Assembly (NCBI RefSeq): GCF_009914755.1
Contig: NC_060933.1
Length of the DNA: 64,000 bases
Strand: one strand, 5' to 3'
Origin: the human T2T-CHM13v2.0 reference genome, Homo sapiens
Numbering within the stretch: position 1 is the first letter of the stretch; each line of letters opens with the position of its first letter. Below, one piece after another: positions 1 through 15,664 of this stretch. Below the pieces are notes generated by a model, which did no database searches, had not been told where the DNA came from, and saw only the letters and a program-made list of their open reading frames with translations. The position numbers and the translations under genes were made by a program.

Positions 1-2811
1 CATACAGCAAGATCCTCCCAGGGTATCAAGCCCTCAGCAGATATGAATTATTTTAACCTGTGGCTTTCTTGTTCACACTGCCCTTGTTTCTGATGGAATG
101 CAATAGGAGTTACACTCAAGACATGTATAGCACTGTGGTCAAGCTAACAAAAGGAATATGGATCACAATTACCAGCAACCAATAGTAATAGAGGCTAATA
201 TCTCTACCGGATATGTTTTATAAACAAAACTAGGAAACCCCACAAAAACCTGAGGCAAATACCGGGCATGTGCTACCAATCAGACACTACAATTAAGGTG
301 TAGATATTCATGAAAAGCAAGATTTCTGCTATCTGGCATGGCCCAGAGAAAGAACATAAAATTCCTATTTTTTAGTCATTCCATGAACAAGGTAAGTTTG
401 AAACACATACAAAAAAAGATAAAATAGTTCATTGAGAGAAGAAAGAATAAGAAAAATATCTAGGTGACAGAATAGAATTGAGGAATAAGGTTAGTATGCA
501 ATCCTATGCATTCAATAATAGCCTACAGACTCTAAGCTTCCTAGAGACCAAAGCAAAGCGGGAAAGTGACAGTTACATAAGTCAGTCAAAATCAAATAAT
601 CAGAAAAATAGATCTCATTGATTTTCAGATCTAAAAACGGCCACTTTTTGCACATAATATTTTCAACAACATCCCAATACAGGGTACAATAGTGAGTTTC
701 ATATGACTGCAAATTACCATTTAAGTCAAGGGCAGAGTCTCATATTTTAAAGGATAGAATCCATAACAAATATAACATTAACTGTACTGGTCACAGTGAC
801 AGCCCTCTTGGATGATTCAGAAGACATTCCAATAATTGCAGGGACTCAGGGCCCTCATTATGGGCACTAATTGTATTTTACTGTAATTGGGTAAAATTGC
901 TACTTGAGAGTTCAAGTTGATAGAGTGCCAGATTAACTAATTTTCACCTTAATAAATGTGCGATTATTTATCAAAATTTTGAATCCCAATGCTGACACAC
1001 TTATAAATTATTTCTTACTCTGGGCACTACTTCACAGAGTTCAGATGATCCCATTGTGCAGACTGAAAGACTCGTGATTCCGAATTGTAAAGATTATTTA
1101 CAGCATAGACCCCAAAGCACTAAAATCCATTCATTTCTTTCTTCTAATCCAAAAGCCTCTGAGATGGCTTGTCTGCAGGGGTGCAGCAGCAGCACCATCT
1201 GTTTACTCTGGCCTCATTTGCCCGGATCAAGTAGAAAATTGAAGGCACTAAGCTGAATTTTTCAGAAACTTTGCAGTAATTGAAAAAAGAAGATGATAAA
1301 AAGAGAAAAGCTGTTTGGCCACTTAATTATACTGGTCACTCTATGGGCTACACAATAAAACTCACACATATTTTTGAAATAGCACCAAGCTAAGGGCATA
1401 CCATAACTCGAAGCACTATGTAGAGGAGCCCATCTACTCAAGTAGTCATTTAAAATTAGTATATGAAACTCAACCCTGCCGTCATTTATTATTGAAATTG
1501 CCTTAAGGTGATCTCAAAAAAAAAAAACTTCATCTTTTGATTTACCTCCTCCTCCCTTTTCTAAAAGTAGCAAATGAAATTTGTGGGATTAGCCTCTTAG
1601 GAGCAAATTGACAGAGACAAAATGTAACCATGAGCTAATTCTTGGCAGGGCCCAGAAGGGACGTGCCAAGAGGACATGGGTGGATCATGGGAGAATTGAT
1701 TGGAAAGATTCTGTGTTCCCAGAAGAGAGCAGGCTTCAGTGGTTTCTCTCAAGTTTTATTGCACGTTAGCACAGCCATATGCTCTGCTCATGTGAGCAGC
1801 ACCTGGGGGGAGTACATTGGCTTCAGACTCAAGTGGAGACTTGGGAAGTTTGTTTAGTAAATGAGACCTGCGATAACTGCAGAAGCGGCCCCTGTCCTCC
1901 ACTTATACATAATGTATTTCTTCACACAGTCTATGAGAGTTAGGTTTTTTTTTTTTTCCATTCCATGTCCACCAAGAGAAGAAAAAAAAAACCTTTCTGT
2001 TACTATAAAATACACAGAATAAAAAGTCTATCTTGGTGTAAGAGGATAGTGAGTGGCTGAAGGGAGAGGAAGAAATCAATATGTCTTATCAAACCCACAT
2101 CATATTGTATATACCAAAGTCATTAGACCCAGAGCCTACTTCTTAGGAATAAATATTTTGCCCTAGGATTAAATCCCTTTATGCCACAGAAGTTGAATTT
2201 CTTTCAGCCAACCAGAAAAACCACAACAAACAAAACTCAATATAGCATCAATAGAGTGGAAAATGCAGGAAGCAAAGATTCTGTAGGTTTAAATGGGAAA
2301 CCCTGTAGTTTGTTGTATCCCAGCTCAGAACCATAGCATTTTGGGCAGTCCTGGATTGTAAAACTTACAGCTGGAATAAGCCACATTTGCAACTGGTACT
2401 CATCCTGGTCCCCACCCTCACTCCCTGCCCTCTACTCAGAGTCTCCCTACAGCTGCCACTGTGTTGTCACAAAGCTCCTCACAACTCACCCATTTGGAAG
2501 CCCATCCTCTTAAACTGCTCTTCCTGGCATCCTCTCCTACTCATCTTTCCTGGCTCCTTTCTCACCATCAAACCTTGCTGTTTGGTTTGCTAGTTTCTCA
2601 GAAACTAGGTAACAAATGAGAGTTTAATTAAATATAGAGATAAAATGCAAATGTGTTACACCCTCTAGAAAGCAGATTTATAGTTAACAGAGGCCTCAGT
2701 ACTTTAACTCATGGGAGAGCCGATTGGTAGAACTTCGGGAAACATGGCAGTATGGAGGGGAAACTATCTGCAAACTAGTGTCTTCCAGCCTATTCCAGCA
2801 GATCACACTTT

Positions 2812-3290
2812 ATCAGTTATGATGGTTTGGCCGCAAGTCATGAAATCTCTAACTCAAATAGCCACAATTATAAGGATGTTTATCATCTCATGTAAGAAGT
2901 CCCAAGCACTAACAAGGTGTAAGGCTGACCCATCTCTCTACCCTGCCCCTTTCAGCATGTGCCCAAGCTTGTCCCCACTAATCCCTCTCATGTTGCCAAG
3001 ATGCCCCCCCATAGCTCCAGGCATTTGGCATAGACACAACCAAGCCCAGAATAATAGCAGGTATCTCATCTTACATATCTCTATCAGAGAGACAACATTG
3101 ATATTACCCACTAGCAATCTTCTCACATATCACTGGCCAGAATAAGTTCATATACGCCTTCCTAACCCAGTCATTGCCACAGGTGATATAGTAATTATGC
3201 CTGCCTTACACTACTCAGACTTTTTCTTACAGTCACTTAAGAGAGGACAGAAATTCCAAACAAAATTAAGATTCTTTTCTTATGGAGCCC
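2812..3290 (-). mobile_element. Old MaLR LTR (MLT1K/L-like), degenerate
   Basis: MLT1-type reverse-strand motifs: 'aactcaaatagc', 'ctctcatgttgccaagatg...gctccaggcat', 'cactggccagaa...ttcata', 'aacaaaattaagattct'. Confidence 0.55.
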
Positions 3291-4144
3291 AATAGAACTT
3301 AAATATCAATCTTTTCTCATATCCTAATGTACTTTGGTTCAAATTCAGTTATCAAACTGTTCCTTCTGCTAAAGCCTTTGCCACTTTGAGCTTTATGGAT
3401 TGTAGTATAAGAGAAAAAAAGGAGAAAGAACAGAATAATTAGAAGATGAGAGAAACAGAAGAGTCTTAATTTTGTAGAGTCTAGAAGATTTTATTACATG
3501 ATTGTCAGTTTCTCAAAACCACTGACCTCCCACAATAACCCTAAACTCAGAAGTAAGTGGTTTTCTTAAACCAGAAGAATGAAATTAGGAGCAGGTGAGT
3601 ACAAACATAAACAAGGTCCACTCTGTTGGTGATGTAGAAATTGAAAGTGACATTTTAGACAGTGCCAACACATTAAAAGCACCAATAACAAACATTGAAG
3701 ATTATATTTTTCTGGAAGTTGAGAAAGCCAGCATTTACCTTAATCCTTCATTTCATTGATGCAAAGTAAAAAAAAAATCAGCCATGCCCACTGCTTTAAA
3801 TATCAGCGCCACCTTCACGTGGAGTCAAATGATTAAAAAGCGAAGGGAAACCTGAAGCTCTTTTTGAAAAGTAATTTCCATGGACACACCTGGCTGGAGG
3901 CAGGATCGCTGGCCTTCATCTCTACATCTGCTAAAGAACCTCATAACACTGTGACTTCTATGACACAGCTTTTCACAGCCTGGCTTATACTATGAATAAT
4001 ATTATTTAAAATAGAAACAAGGTCTTCTTTACCTTTATTGCACCTCCTAGAGCTTGAAAAAATGCAAATTAGGTGTTAATCTAAATTTATTGGAAAATAA
4101 TAGTTTGGTTTACAAAACTGTCTGTAGAAAGTAACTGAATTATT

Positions 4145-4520
<376 letters not shown>

Positions 4521-5249
4521 TTAAATATGTTAAAGCAAGACACTTAAATCATTAATGTTTCACCATTAAACATTAATCATTAATCATTAAACGTTTATTC
4601 TTAACTGGCTAAAAAAACGAAGACTGCCAGAACAAAGGTTATGAAATAGTTATGTTTATTGCAGTGAAAAATCAAGACACATTAGCATATAAACAATTTT
4701 GGATGAAAGTTTCACTTTCTTAAAAGAAGTTTCTCGTACAAACATATCTTAATACACTAGTATCAGTTAAACGGGGTCTTCCCCAAGAGCCAACACTGGA
4801 GCCTTAGCTTAACTACTCTTCCCAACAGTCAGGAACCAAAAAAGCAAAGCGAAACACCTGTGCTTGTCTCATAGTTTCACTGCTTGTCCAGGGAACACCA
4901 AACAATAGAAAGCAAAACCTGTGGCCAGTAGAGCACATTTTACTCAGTGGACTTCTGAACAACCATATCCCATTTGTTGAATAAGTATTCATCTTTTCCT
5001 ACTCATTTTGACGGCCAATTTTGTCTCCTATAAAATCCAAGTATAATATTGACTTTTAAGGATATTGCTACAAGTGCACCACCACCAAACACCTAAAACT
5101 TGACTTCAGCTTTCCTTGAGGAACTGCCTTAATCAATGTTTGCCCTTTCTGCAAGACCCATGTTTTGGCAGCCACCTGTATAAAACCATGTAAAATACCT
5201 CCCCATTGCTTTGGCCTACCGTAGTGTCTGAAACTCTAACCATTAATAT

Positions 5250-5910
<661 letters not shown>

Positions 5911-6644
5911 GATCTTTTTTCTTTATACATTTCTTTCAAAATGGGCAATCCAAAATGGATTAAAAAAGTCACTGAAAGACCCTGCAGTAAAGAGCTAGCA
6001 GACTACAGGACTCAGAGAAAATAAAGTAATTGACAAGGAGGTTCTGATAGTCAAGGGAAGCCTTTGAAAGGTCCAGAACATGTGGTTCATCAGGAAGCTC
6101 TTGAAGCCTCTAGGAGCATAATGGGATCACTAGACAATGAGATGGAGACGCCAAAATTAGATTTGCCTTCTTTACCGTATATTCTCCGGCAGTCTCTAAC
6201 CTCAATGTGCATTAATCAATTCTGACAAAGCAAAAAGAAAATAAATCCAAGGATGCACTCTGCTCAAGAATATGGAATCTATATTGAGGTCAAGCTTAAG
6301 GAAAACAGGAAATCACAGTGAAGGTTACGGTTCTGATAGGGATTTGGGCTGGCTGTGCTTTCATTCCTTTCTAGGTCACACTGACATGAAGCCCAGAGAC
6401 AGCTTTGAAATCTGCTGAGGAAGTCAGCACATGCCAAAATGGAATGGAATTCCACACCTCTTTGCTTTAAGCGTAAGGAGCTCGCATCAGAAAAAGTCTA
6501 GTGTTTTAAACAAAGCACTGCTTAATCATTCTTAATATCCTAAAACAAGCCTTTTGATCACCACAAATGGATAAGAAAACAATAAGACAGACAACAGAAA
6601 GAAACAATAAGACAACAGATGCGTGTGCTAAAGATATAAATACT

Positions 6645-7232
6645 AAATTCATAAGAAAAAAGTACAAATAGCAGACAAACAAAAAGGTTCACTAACTAGT
6701 AATCAAAAAAAGAGCAAATTAGAAAACCTGGGTACCATTTTTCACTTAGTAAATTAGCAACTTAAAAAATTATAATATTCTATTTGACAAAAGTATACCA
6801 AAGTTCTTTCTCATGAAGCTGAGGTATTAGATAATCACAATGAGGCTTTGACTCAGTAATTCTATCTCAGGGAATTTATTTTAAGGAAATATATTCCATC
6901 TATTTGACAGATCATATTCACATCATAATTATTTCTAATAATGAAAATTATAAACTTTAATATAAACCAAAGAGAATGATCAAATGTTCTGTTTTATATC
7001 TAAAATAGCGACTTGAAAATTCTGTGGAACAGGGAAAATGCTTATAAATCATTATACAAAATTAGACGTATATTATGATCACAACACTGTATAGCATTCA
7101 TAGTGACAGTGTCTAAAAGAAAATATAAAGTAACAAAGCTTGTTTTATTTGGATATTGGAATTACAAATTACTTTTTCTCTCTCTTTTTCCTACATTTTC
7201 ACTAGAATTGATGTGCTGCTCTAATAATTAAA
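6645..7232 (+). mobile_element. Old L1 (L1ME-like) 3' end fragment
   Basis: L1 ORF2-end/3'UTR motifs 'taccatttttcacttagtaaattagcaa', 'ctttgactcagtaattctatctcagggaatttatt', 'gggaaaatgctta'. Confidence 0.6.
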
Positions 7233-7471
7233 AACTCTGCTTCTCATTCATGAATTTCTAAATGCCATTCGATTTTAATGAAATTATTTTACCACAATGT
7301 TTATTTAAAATACCTGGACACTTGTCGTTGGTCCCATTCAGTTTTGCCAATAAAAAAGAAACTATTACATAAAAAATAGCCCTTAGGAATGCATCCCATT
7401 TTTCAATACTAGCTGAGAAGGATCCAGAAGTCACTCACCAGGCCAATCCCACTCCCAGCAACACACCTTCA

Positions 7472-7937
<466 letters not shown>

Positions 7938-8786
7938 GTAGATTTTGGCTTTAGAGGATCCCTTCAAACACCTACTATTGATTGAACTATTAAATAAAAA
8001 TTAAAATGGCAAAGATAAATTAGAAATTAGCCGTTTCTATTGCTTTTGTTCTTCCTTTTTCCTTTTTCTTCTTGTATTTCTTTTCAAGAATCCTTCACTG
8101 CTCCGTGGGAGACGCTGAGTCTCCCAAGCTCCAAACCCACTATCAGTTAGAGGAAGATAGGAGTCTTAGCTATACTACTATTTCTTAATCTATAAGCAAG
8201 GAGCCAAGATATGCAAGGAAGTATCTGGGACAGTGAGAAGCTGATGCGTTGTGCCATTTCTTGCATACATCTTCAGTGGGGTTCTACTCCAACCCTAAGA
8301 TTCTAAGATTCCCCAGTCTCTCCCATATTCTGGATTGGAAGGAAAAGTTTGGAGAAGAGAGTCTATCATCTGTCTCTAATTCATCAGTCTTGTGTCGAAG
8401 ACAAACTGTGAGAAAAGACTAGATCTCCAGGAACAACCAAAAGGAAAGATTTTGTGTGAGGTCCTTCCTGTAACAACCAGCTAAATCTGTGAACTTGTAT
8501 TCAGGAATGAACAATAACACAGAGCGCCAAACGCGGTTACTGCTGATGGAGGATATGACAGACAAATCTTAACCTTACCTCTATCCCATTCTTTTTCCAC
8601 AATCTCTCCTTTGCCTGTAAGACAGCAAATATCTCTAACAGCAGCATCAAGCATAATAATCCTCTGAGATCTGCTCCCACAGCTACTTTTTCTCCACCTA
8701 AACTTTGACACAGGTTGCCGTTTGCAAACAGTTTGTACTTTACCTATCACGGTAATGATTAACTTCAGCGGTCTCTTGTGTCTGAG

Positions 8787-8927
8787 TAAAGTATGGTCCG
8801 TGGAACAGCAGTATTGCCTTCACCTGGGAACGTACTAGAACTGCAGAAACTCAGGCTGAATTAGAATTTGAATTTTAGCAAGATCTCAGGGTAATTTTTA
8901 TGCACATTAAAGTTTGCAAAGTGCTTT
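8787..8927 (+). mobile_element. MER5A-type hAT-Charlie element
   Basis: 'aaagtatggtccgtggaacagcag...cacctgggaac...tagaactgcag...atgcacattaaagtttg'. Confidence 0.7.
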
Positions 8928-8989
8928 AAGAAAACCTGGAGGGTGACACCATTTATCGCCCTACAAATTGCTATGAGTGCCACCACTTC

Positions 8990-9220
8990 TTGTGGTATAC
9001 TGAAGAAAGCAGGGGTTTTGGAGTAGCTTTTCCTAGGATTGAGACCACTGCTCATCACTTAGCAGCTGTAGGTCATTGGGCAAATTACCTAACATCTCTA
9101 GTTTTCCATTTCCCCATGTGTTAAGTAATAAACTCTATATCCACTAAATTGTGAAGATTATATGTAACAATGTATCTAAAATATGCAATTCAGTGACTGA
9201 ACCAGAGTAGATGAATATTT
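8990..9220 (+). mobile_element. MIR SINE
   Basis: MIR core 'cacttagcagctgtaggtcattgggcaaattacctaacatctct...gtgaagatta'. Confidence 0.7.
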
Positions 9221-9640
9221 GAAATCAGAAGCTTAAAGTATGAGAAGAGACTTTGAAAGCTAATTGTCAAATCCCTACTTTGCCTCAATGTGCTCAGCTT
9301 TAGCCAATCCCTGAAGATGATAATTACAACCTTTTCTCATTTGCATTCCTTTACTCAGGAGCTCACCTTCTTTTACATAAAGGACCAACTACCCCAAAAC
9401 ATCTCCTATCAGACTTCCATTGAACTTAAGATTTATCACTGTTTTGCTATTTTATATAGAGTCTTGCTTGTTTTTCTGAGCTCATTTTGCTTTCTTTTTA
9501 GTCAAGAATCCTCAAAAACAAAATGACTGTAACACTGGAACATGGTTGTTGCAAACTAATACACCACTGGATGGTGACATATCATGTTCTCAAGACCCTA
9601 TAAAAGAAGTAAACCATATCATCAGTTTAACAGCCCTTAG

Positions 9641-9967
<327 letters not shown>

Positions 9968-9984
9968 GAGAAAAGATTAATTCG

Positions 9985-10225
9985 TAATTCAAAAAATATA
10001 CACTGAGCACTGATTGAAAGAAGATAAACAAAAAATAAAAAGTCTTTGCCCTCAAAAAACTTAATCTGTGAAAATGTAATGCAATAAGTGCTATGAAAAA
10101 GGAAACATGGAATTTTGGGGGAGCTCGTAGAAAGGGGGATCTAAACTATGTTTTTAGGGGGTGGAGAGAGTGTTTGGGGAAGATGTCCTAGATGAAGTGT
10201 CATTTAATGTGAGAAAGTATAAGCA
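9985..10225 (-). mobile_element. L2 fragment
   Basis: 'ctgagcact...gtctttgccctcaaaaaactta...aataagtgctatg' reverse L2 motifs. Confidence 0.5.
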
Positions 10226-10269
10226 AATTATTTACATGCCTATCAGCACAACTCACAAATCAGAAAAAG

Positions 10270-10440
10270 CTGGCTGGGTTCAAATTTGAGCTCGGAGGTC
10301 GAGCAAATTTATTGACCTTTCTATGCCTCCCTTTACACATTAGCATAATAGAAGCAACGTTTTTATCTACATCATAGGTTAATTGTAATAATGAAAACTT
10401 TAAATATGTATTGAAGGCTGGCGCTCCACAAATGTTTGCT
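10270..10440 (+). mobile_element. MIR fragment
   Basis: 'ctgggttcaaat...gcaaatttattgacctttctatgcctc...ctacatcatagg'. Confidence 0.55.
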
Positions 10441-10589
10441 GGCTTAATTCCTTCTGTTTGCATGAATTGATGTAAGAATAGCTATCCTATCTCATACCAG
10501 AATTTCTATGTGAAGCAAGTGGGTCAAGATTATGAGAGATTACTGTTCTAGTCCCCGAAAAGATAGCTCAATGTGCATATGGATCTCAA

Positions 10590-10680
10590 ATTATATGTAC
10601 ATATATATATCAATCTCAATTTTATATATACTCGTGTGTATATATATATCAAATTATATATATCTTAAGTTATATGTATC
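10590..10680. repeat. Degenerate (TA)n low-complexity tract
   Basis: Runs of tatata and repeated 'tcaaattatat'. Confidence 0.7.
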
Positions 10681-11326
10681 CACACACTTACGAAAAATTT
10701 TTAAAGTAAAATAAGAAGAATAAGGTAAGCAAAAGTCTCTGAGAAAAGCAGACTTCAAAGATGCCTCAAAATCAATCTACCCAGCATCATACTGTAAGCT
10801 CCATCAAACCTTCCGCTTCCCACATGCTTTATCTAAGGATGAAGACACTCTCCAGCCATAGGCAAGTCAGAAACACAGGAGTCATCCTTGAGATCTTCTT
10901 CCTCATGCCCATATCTCACTCACCCTAAGTCTTGATGACCTTGTCTCCTAAGAATCTCAAAAACAATCACCCCAACTTAAATCCCTTCTTCACAATGAAC
11001 ACTTGGTCATGTGGACCTCAGTTCTGGACATATGTTTGGTATCTAGCATAATTACAATAATAAATGCAAGCTAAATTAATGATTTTGTAACTAGATGGAG
11101 ATCAATAAAGTGTAGCCATAAGAAAAAAAATTTTTAATTTGTGATTTAGAAAGTACCAATCTACATTTCATTGACTCTCTTTGGAAATGTTTTGGTTTGA
11201 TGGTAGGAAAAATCTTACAAATAAATAGATGGTGATATCTTTAATAGAGGACTGATTAAAACATAACATCAAAACCTCATATGCTGAAATAGAAATAACA
11301 AATGAGACATAGGGATGTCTTTAGGA

Positions 11327-11534
11327 CTGGGATCAGCAAATTAAGGCCAGCATGCCTAATCTAGTTTTGGTTTTTGTTCCACTGGAACACAGCCACACTT
11401 ACTCATTTGCTATTGATTATAGCTCCTTTCCTGTTGCAAAGGCAGAGTTGAATAGTTGCAACAGAGACTACAGGGCACATAAGCCTAAAATATTTACTAT
11501 CTGGCTCTTTACGGAACTAGCTTGGCAACCCCTG
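11327..11534 (+). mobile_element. MER58A hAT-Charlie MITE
   Basis: 'ggaacacagccacac...gcagagttgaatagttgcaacagagac...aagcctaaaatatttactatctggc...acccctg'; 8-bp TSD ctttagga/ctttagaa. Confidence 0.88.
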
Positions 11535-11563
11535 CTTTAGAACATCAGAAAAAAGGCCTCTGT

Positions 11564-11682
11564 CAGGAGAATCGTTTGAACCTGGGAGGCGGAGGTTGCG
11601 GTGAGCCAAGATGGCGCCATTGCACTCCACCCTGGGTGACAAAAGCGAAACTCTGTCTCAAACAAAACAAAACAAAATAAAA
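11564..11682 (+). mobile_element. Alu right-arm fragment (Sp/Sq-like), 5' missing
   Basis: Starts at 'caggagaatcgtttgaacc'; 'ggttgcggtgagc', 'aaagcgaaactc'; (CAAAA)n tail. Confidence 0.9.
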
Positions 11683-11778
11683 CACGAATTGTGACAGAAA
11701 ACAATGTACTATGGTTTTAGAGATTTGTGAAGAGATTAGGAAAAAGGGGAGATGAAGGCAGTGTTTGAGTTAAGGCCT

Positions 11779-12246
11779 TGTGGTCGGCTACATTATGACC
11801 CCAAAGATAATCACATCAGAATCTCTGGAACCTGTACATGTTACCCTATTTGAAAAAAGAGTCTTTGGAAGATGTGATTACATTAAGGATCTTGAGGAAA
11901 GGTGATTATCCTAGGTTCTTTGGGTGGACCGTAAATGTCACCACAAGTGTCCATATGAGAGAGAGGCAGAAGGAGACTCAACACACACAGAGGAGAATGC
12001 ATGAAGACAAGAGCAGAGATGGGAGTCACATCATGGTACACTGAGAACGCCAAGCACTGCTGGCGGCCACCAGAGGCTGAGAGAGGAGAGCTAAGGTTTC
12101 TTTCCCAGAGCTTCCAGAATGAGCTCGGCCCAGGTGGTGCATGATTTTGAAACTCTGACCTACAGAACTTTGAGATAATATGTTTTACCATTTTATACTC
12201 CCAACGTCATGGTAATTTCTTCTATCAGCCACAGGAAACTAATGTA
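11779..12246 (+). mobile_element. MLT1C/D MaLR solo LTR
   Basis: TG start; 'ccaaagat...ctggaacctgt...gatgtgattacattaaggatcttgag...gattatcc...ccacaggaaactaat'. Confidence 0.85.
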
Positions 12247-12696
12247 GTCCCACTGAAGAAAAATCGGGCTCATCTCTGCTCAAAGAAGTTGGGAGGAAGA
12301 ATGTGATTGTATCACAATATTTAAAGTACCTAAAATTCTATATTTGATCCCATTAAATTTTGCCAAAAAAAAACCACTGTTGCATTAATAAATAGCATTT
12401 AGGAATGATTCCCATTTTTCAGTGTCCAGAAGTAATTCACCATGCCCATTCCACTCTCAACAATACAGCTTCAAATCTCAGTCACTTTCTCTTTAATTTT
12501 ATAGTAACCTGACTGTGGCCCCACTATTATGATTTGCAAATTTTAGGCTTTGTAGAGCACCAGTTCTAACTTTTAAACTGCATATAAACTCAGAAAGAGG
12601 TTTCAGTGTTAACTCTGCCACTAAACAATTTTATCAAATTAGTTGACACTTTCAATTTCTGGTTCATCAGAATGAGAAAGAAAGAATAAAGGGGAA

Positions 12697-12792
12697 AAAA
12701 AAGGAAGGAAGGGAGGGAGGGAGAGAGGAGGGAAGGAAGGAAGGAAGGAAGGATGGAAGGAAGGAAGGAAAGGGACGGAGAGAGGGAGGGGA
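12697..12792 (+). repeat. (GGAA)n/(GGGA)n polypurine microsatellite
   Basis: ggaa x5, ggat, ggaa x4 at 12731-12770 within a near-pure purine tract. Confidence 0.9.
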
Positions 12793-13307
12793 AAGATTAT
12801 TTCATATTAATTGACATGTAATGAGATTAGAAAAAATTATTATAGTACCTCCTGACATCAGAAGTCTTCTTTTTAAGGAAGCTACCTTTGCTTAAGAAAA
12901 ATATCTCACTGTGAAAGAAAGTGCAACCATGAAGTTTTCAGAGATAAAGTGCTCTACATAAAAAATTATAAAATAAGGTTTTACTTTTGATCTGGTAAGT
13001 AGGAAGAAAGGAAAAAGAAAGAGGAGAGAAAAGATAGAAAGGGGAGTTGGGGAAGGAGATGTGAGTAGGTTGGAGGGAAAAGATCTGCTGGTCCCTCTTC
13101 CCTGAGAGAAACAAACACCGGTCTCAAACTGCCCTAGTCCTGGTTATCTGCCATGATAACAGACCCCCCAGGCTTACTCCTCTGACCTTTCCCTTATCGC
13201 ACTAAGAAGATGAAATTGGGAATGTTTTACAGCGCCCCCCACCCCCACCCTACCACCATACAGCAACTATTGTGATTCAAGGAGCCAAACCTAAAAAATA
13301 AGAAACA

Positions 13308-13605
<298 letters not shown>

Positions 13606-13984
13606 TAAGAAACATTAGTCAATAAAACCAGGACAGTTGGAGTCTAAGGCTCTACTCCTCCTTTCATACACATGATGGCTAAAATGGTTTGAAAAGGAAA
13701 GAGCATGCATTTTATATTCAACAATTTAGGTAGTAAAGGCTGAAAATATAAATTAGATTCAAACCATAATCCTTCACTAAGTGCTGTGGTTTGATACAGA
13801 AAGAGGTACAAGGGGACATGACACAACTAGAAGAGAGGAAGGGTTTTCCTCTGGGGAGGGTGGAGAGTGCCAGGAGAGGAGCTGAGAATGGAAAGCAGAG
13901 TGAGGGCTTCACTGTGTGTCGAAATGTAGCCCTACCTACACCTCAGCAGGGCAGGAAGCAGCTACCGGACATGAGTTTAGGAAA

Positions 13985-14715
13985 CATTTGCAGAATCTGA
14001 CCACTTCTCACCACTTCCACCACCGTCTCTGTCTAAGCCACCATCGTCTCTAGCCTGGATTCAGCTATGGTGTCACCACTGGCCATTCTTAATTTTCTTA
14101 ATGTTGCCACCATAAGGATATTTACCTATGTCAGATCCTGTTATTCCTCCATTCAAAATCCTGTAAAAATATCTCACTTCACTCAGAGTAAAAGCTAAAG
14201 TACTTAGAGTGACTTATGAGGCCCTATCAGAGCCCATCTCCTGCTACTTTATACCCCTCCCTTCTCATTATCAAACACACTGGCCTCCTCCTTATTTTTC
14301 GAGCCTCCTGCCTTAGCCCCAGTCATACCCCCAGCCATCACCACTCCCTGGAACTTCCCCCCACCCCAACTCACTTCATCCCAACCCTGTCCACAGGCTA
14401 CCTCTCTTAACTCTGAGTTCTATGTTTGAATATCACCTAGTCAATGAGGCTTCTCCTGACCACCCAAATGAATGCCTCCGCTCCTCCCCACCTTCTGCAC
14501 TTCCAACCACCTTCACCTACTCTAGTTTTATATTTTATATATTAGCATTTATCCCTTTCCAAATTATATAATGTATGTGTTATATGTATTATCTCCTTCT
14601 GCCTCCAACACCTGGGAATCTAAAGCTCTATGAGGTCAGGGATCTTTGTTTTACTCACTGATGTAAACAATGCCTGGCACCTTGTGAGAGCTCGAAAAAT
14701 ATCAAATCATGAAAG
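13985..14715 (+). mobile_element. L2a 3' fragment
   Basis: 'gaatctgaccacttctcaccac...agccaccatc...cagagtaaaagctaaag...aagctctatgaggtcagggatctttg...tgcctggcac'. Confidence 0.75.
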
Positions 14716-14844
14716 AAGGTAAAGTGGAAAACTACTTTCCACAATTGGTAAGTTTTTTAACACAGAATAATGTAATAATATAATAAGTCAACATGTTTTT
14801 AAGGCATCACTGTGCTGTGAAACTAGCTTCAATAAACATCACAA

Positions 14845-15040
14845 TTACTCATTCATTTTTTTAATAAATACTTGAGGAGGGCGTACCCTATGCCAGGCAC
14901 TGTTCCCAGTTCTGAAGATATAATAATTGAGTGAAAATGTCCTTAAGGAGGTTGAATTATAGTGGGTAAGAGAGACAATTAATAAGTAAAATATTTAGAA
15001 TGCTACATGATGGTAAGTGCCAAGCAGATGAAGCAGGCAA
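14845..15040 (-). mobile_element. L2 fragment
   Basis: 'cattcatt...aataaatacttgag...tatgccaggcactgtt'. Confidence 0.65.
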
Positions 15041-15664
15041 AGAAGCTAAAACTGATTATTATACTTTTAAAACACCAAATGAGATAGCTTATAATAATAA
15101 AAGTGCTTAAAGAAGTATAAGGCAAAGGTTGAAAATTCTATCCAATTTAAGAAGTATCTTTCTTATGTTTTGGTTTTACTCAAAGCAAGTTATAGAAGAT
15201 GCGTCATACAACCCTCACAAACTCACTGCCTAAGTGGCTGTGTATTGGCTTCATATTCACCACAGACTCCTGCTTCAAACCCACAGAGAGCACTGTCATT
15301 CCTATGGGCAGATGGTGCATGCTCACCAGGCAGATGCAGTGCACAGGACCTCAAGTGCATTCAGTGATTCCCACACCCTCTGGTAATCCCTCGATGGCAG
15401 CAGAATGTGAGAGGCATGGCAGAGTGGCCTTACTGGCTCAGTTCTATCACTCTAGTTACTCCTGTGGCATTTCACACTCTCACTAAGAAGTGAGCCCCCA
15501 ATTCACTTGACTCACGTGAGAGCATCATTTAGTTACAGAATTTATCGTTATTGATTTGTTTTCTTTGGTTCCCGTGAAAGAAACAATAAATGCTATGAGC
15601 AGAAAATCAATTGTGGACATTCTAGGCTTATCATATATACCTTTAAACGCACTCAAAATTCTTT

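Noticed and set aside
376-391. 16-nt plus-strand micro-exon-like segment (tattttttag | aag/gtaagt); similar isolated ones near 17064-17150 and 23797-23820
   Set aside because: Isolated, with no partner exons or recognisable peptide; indistinguishable from common pseudo-exons.
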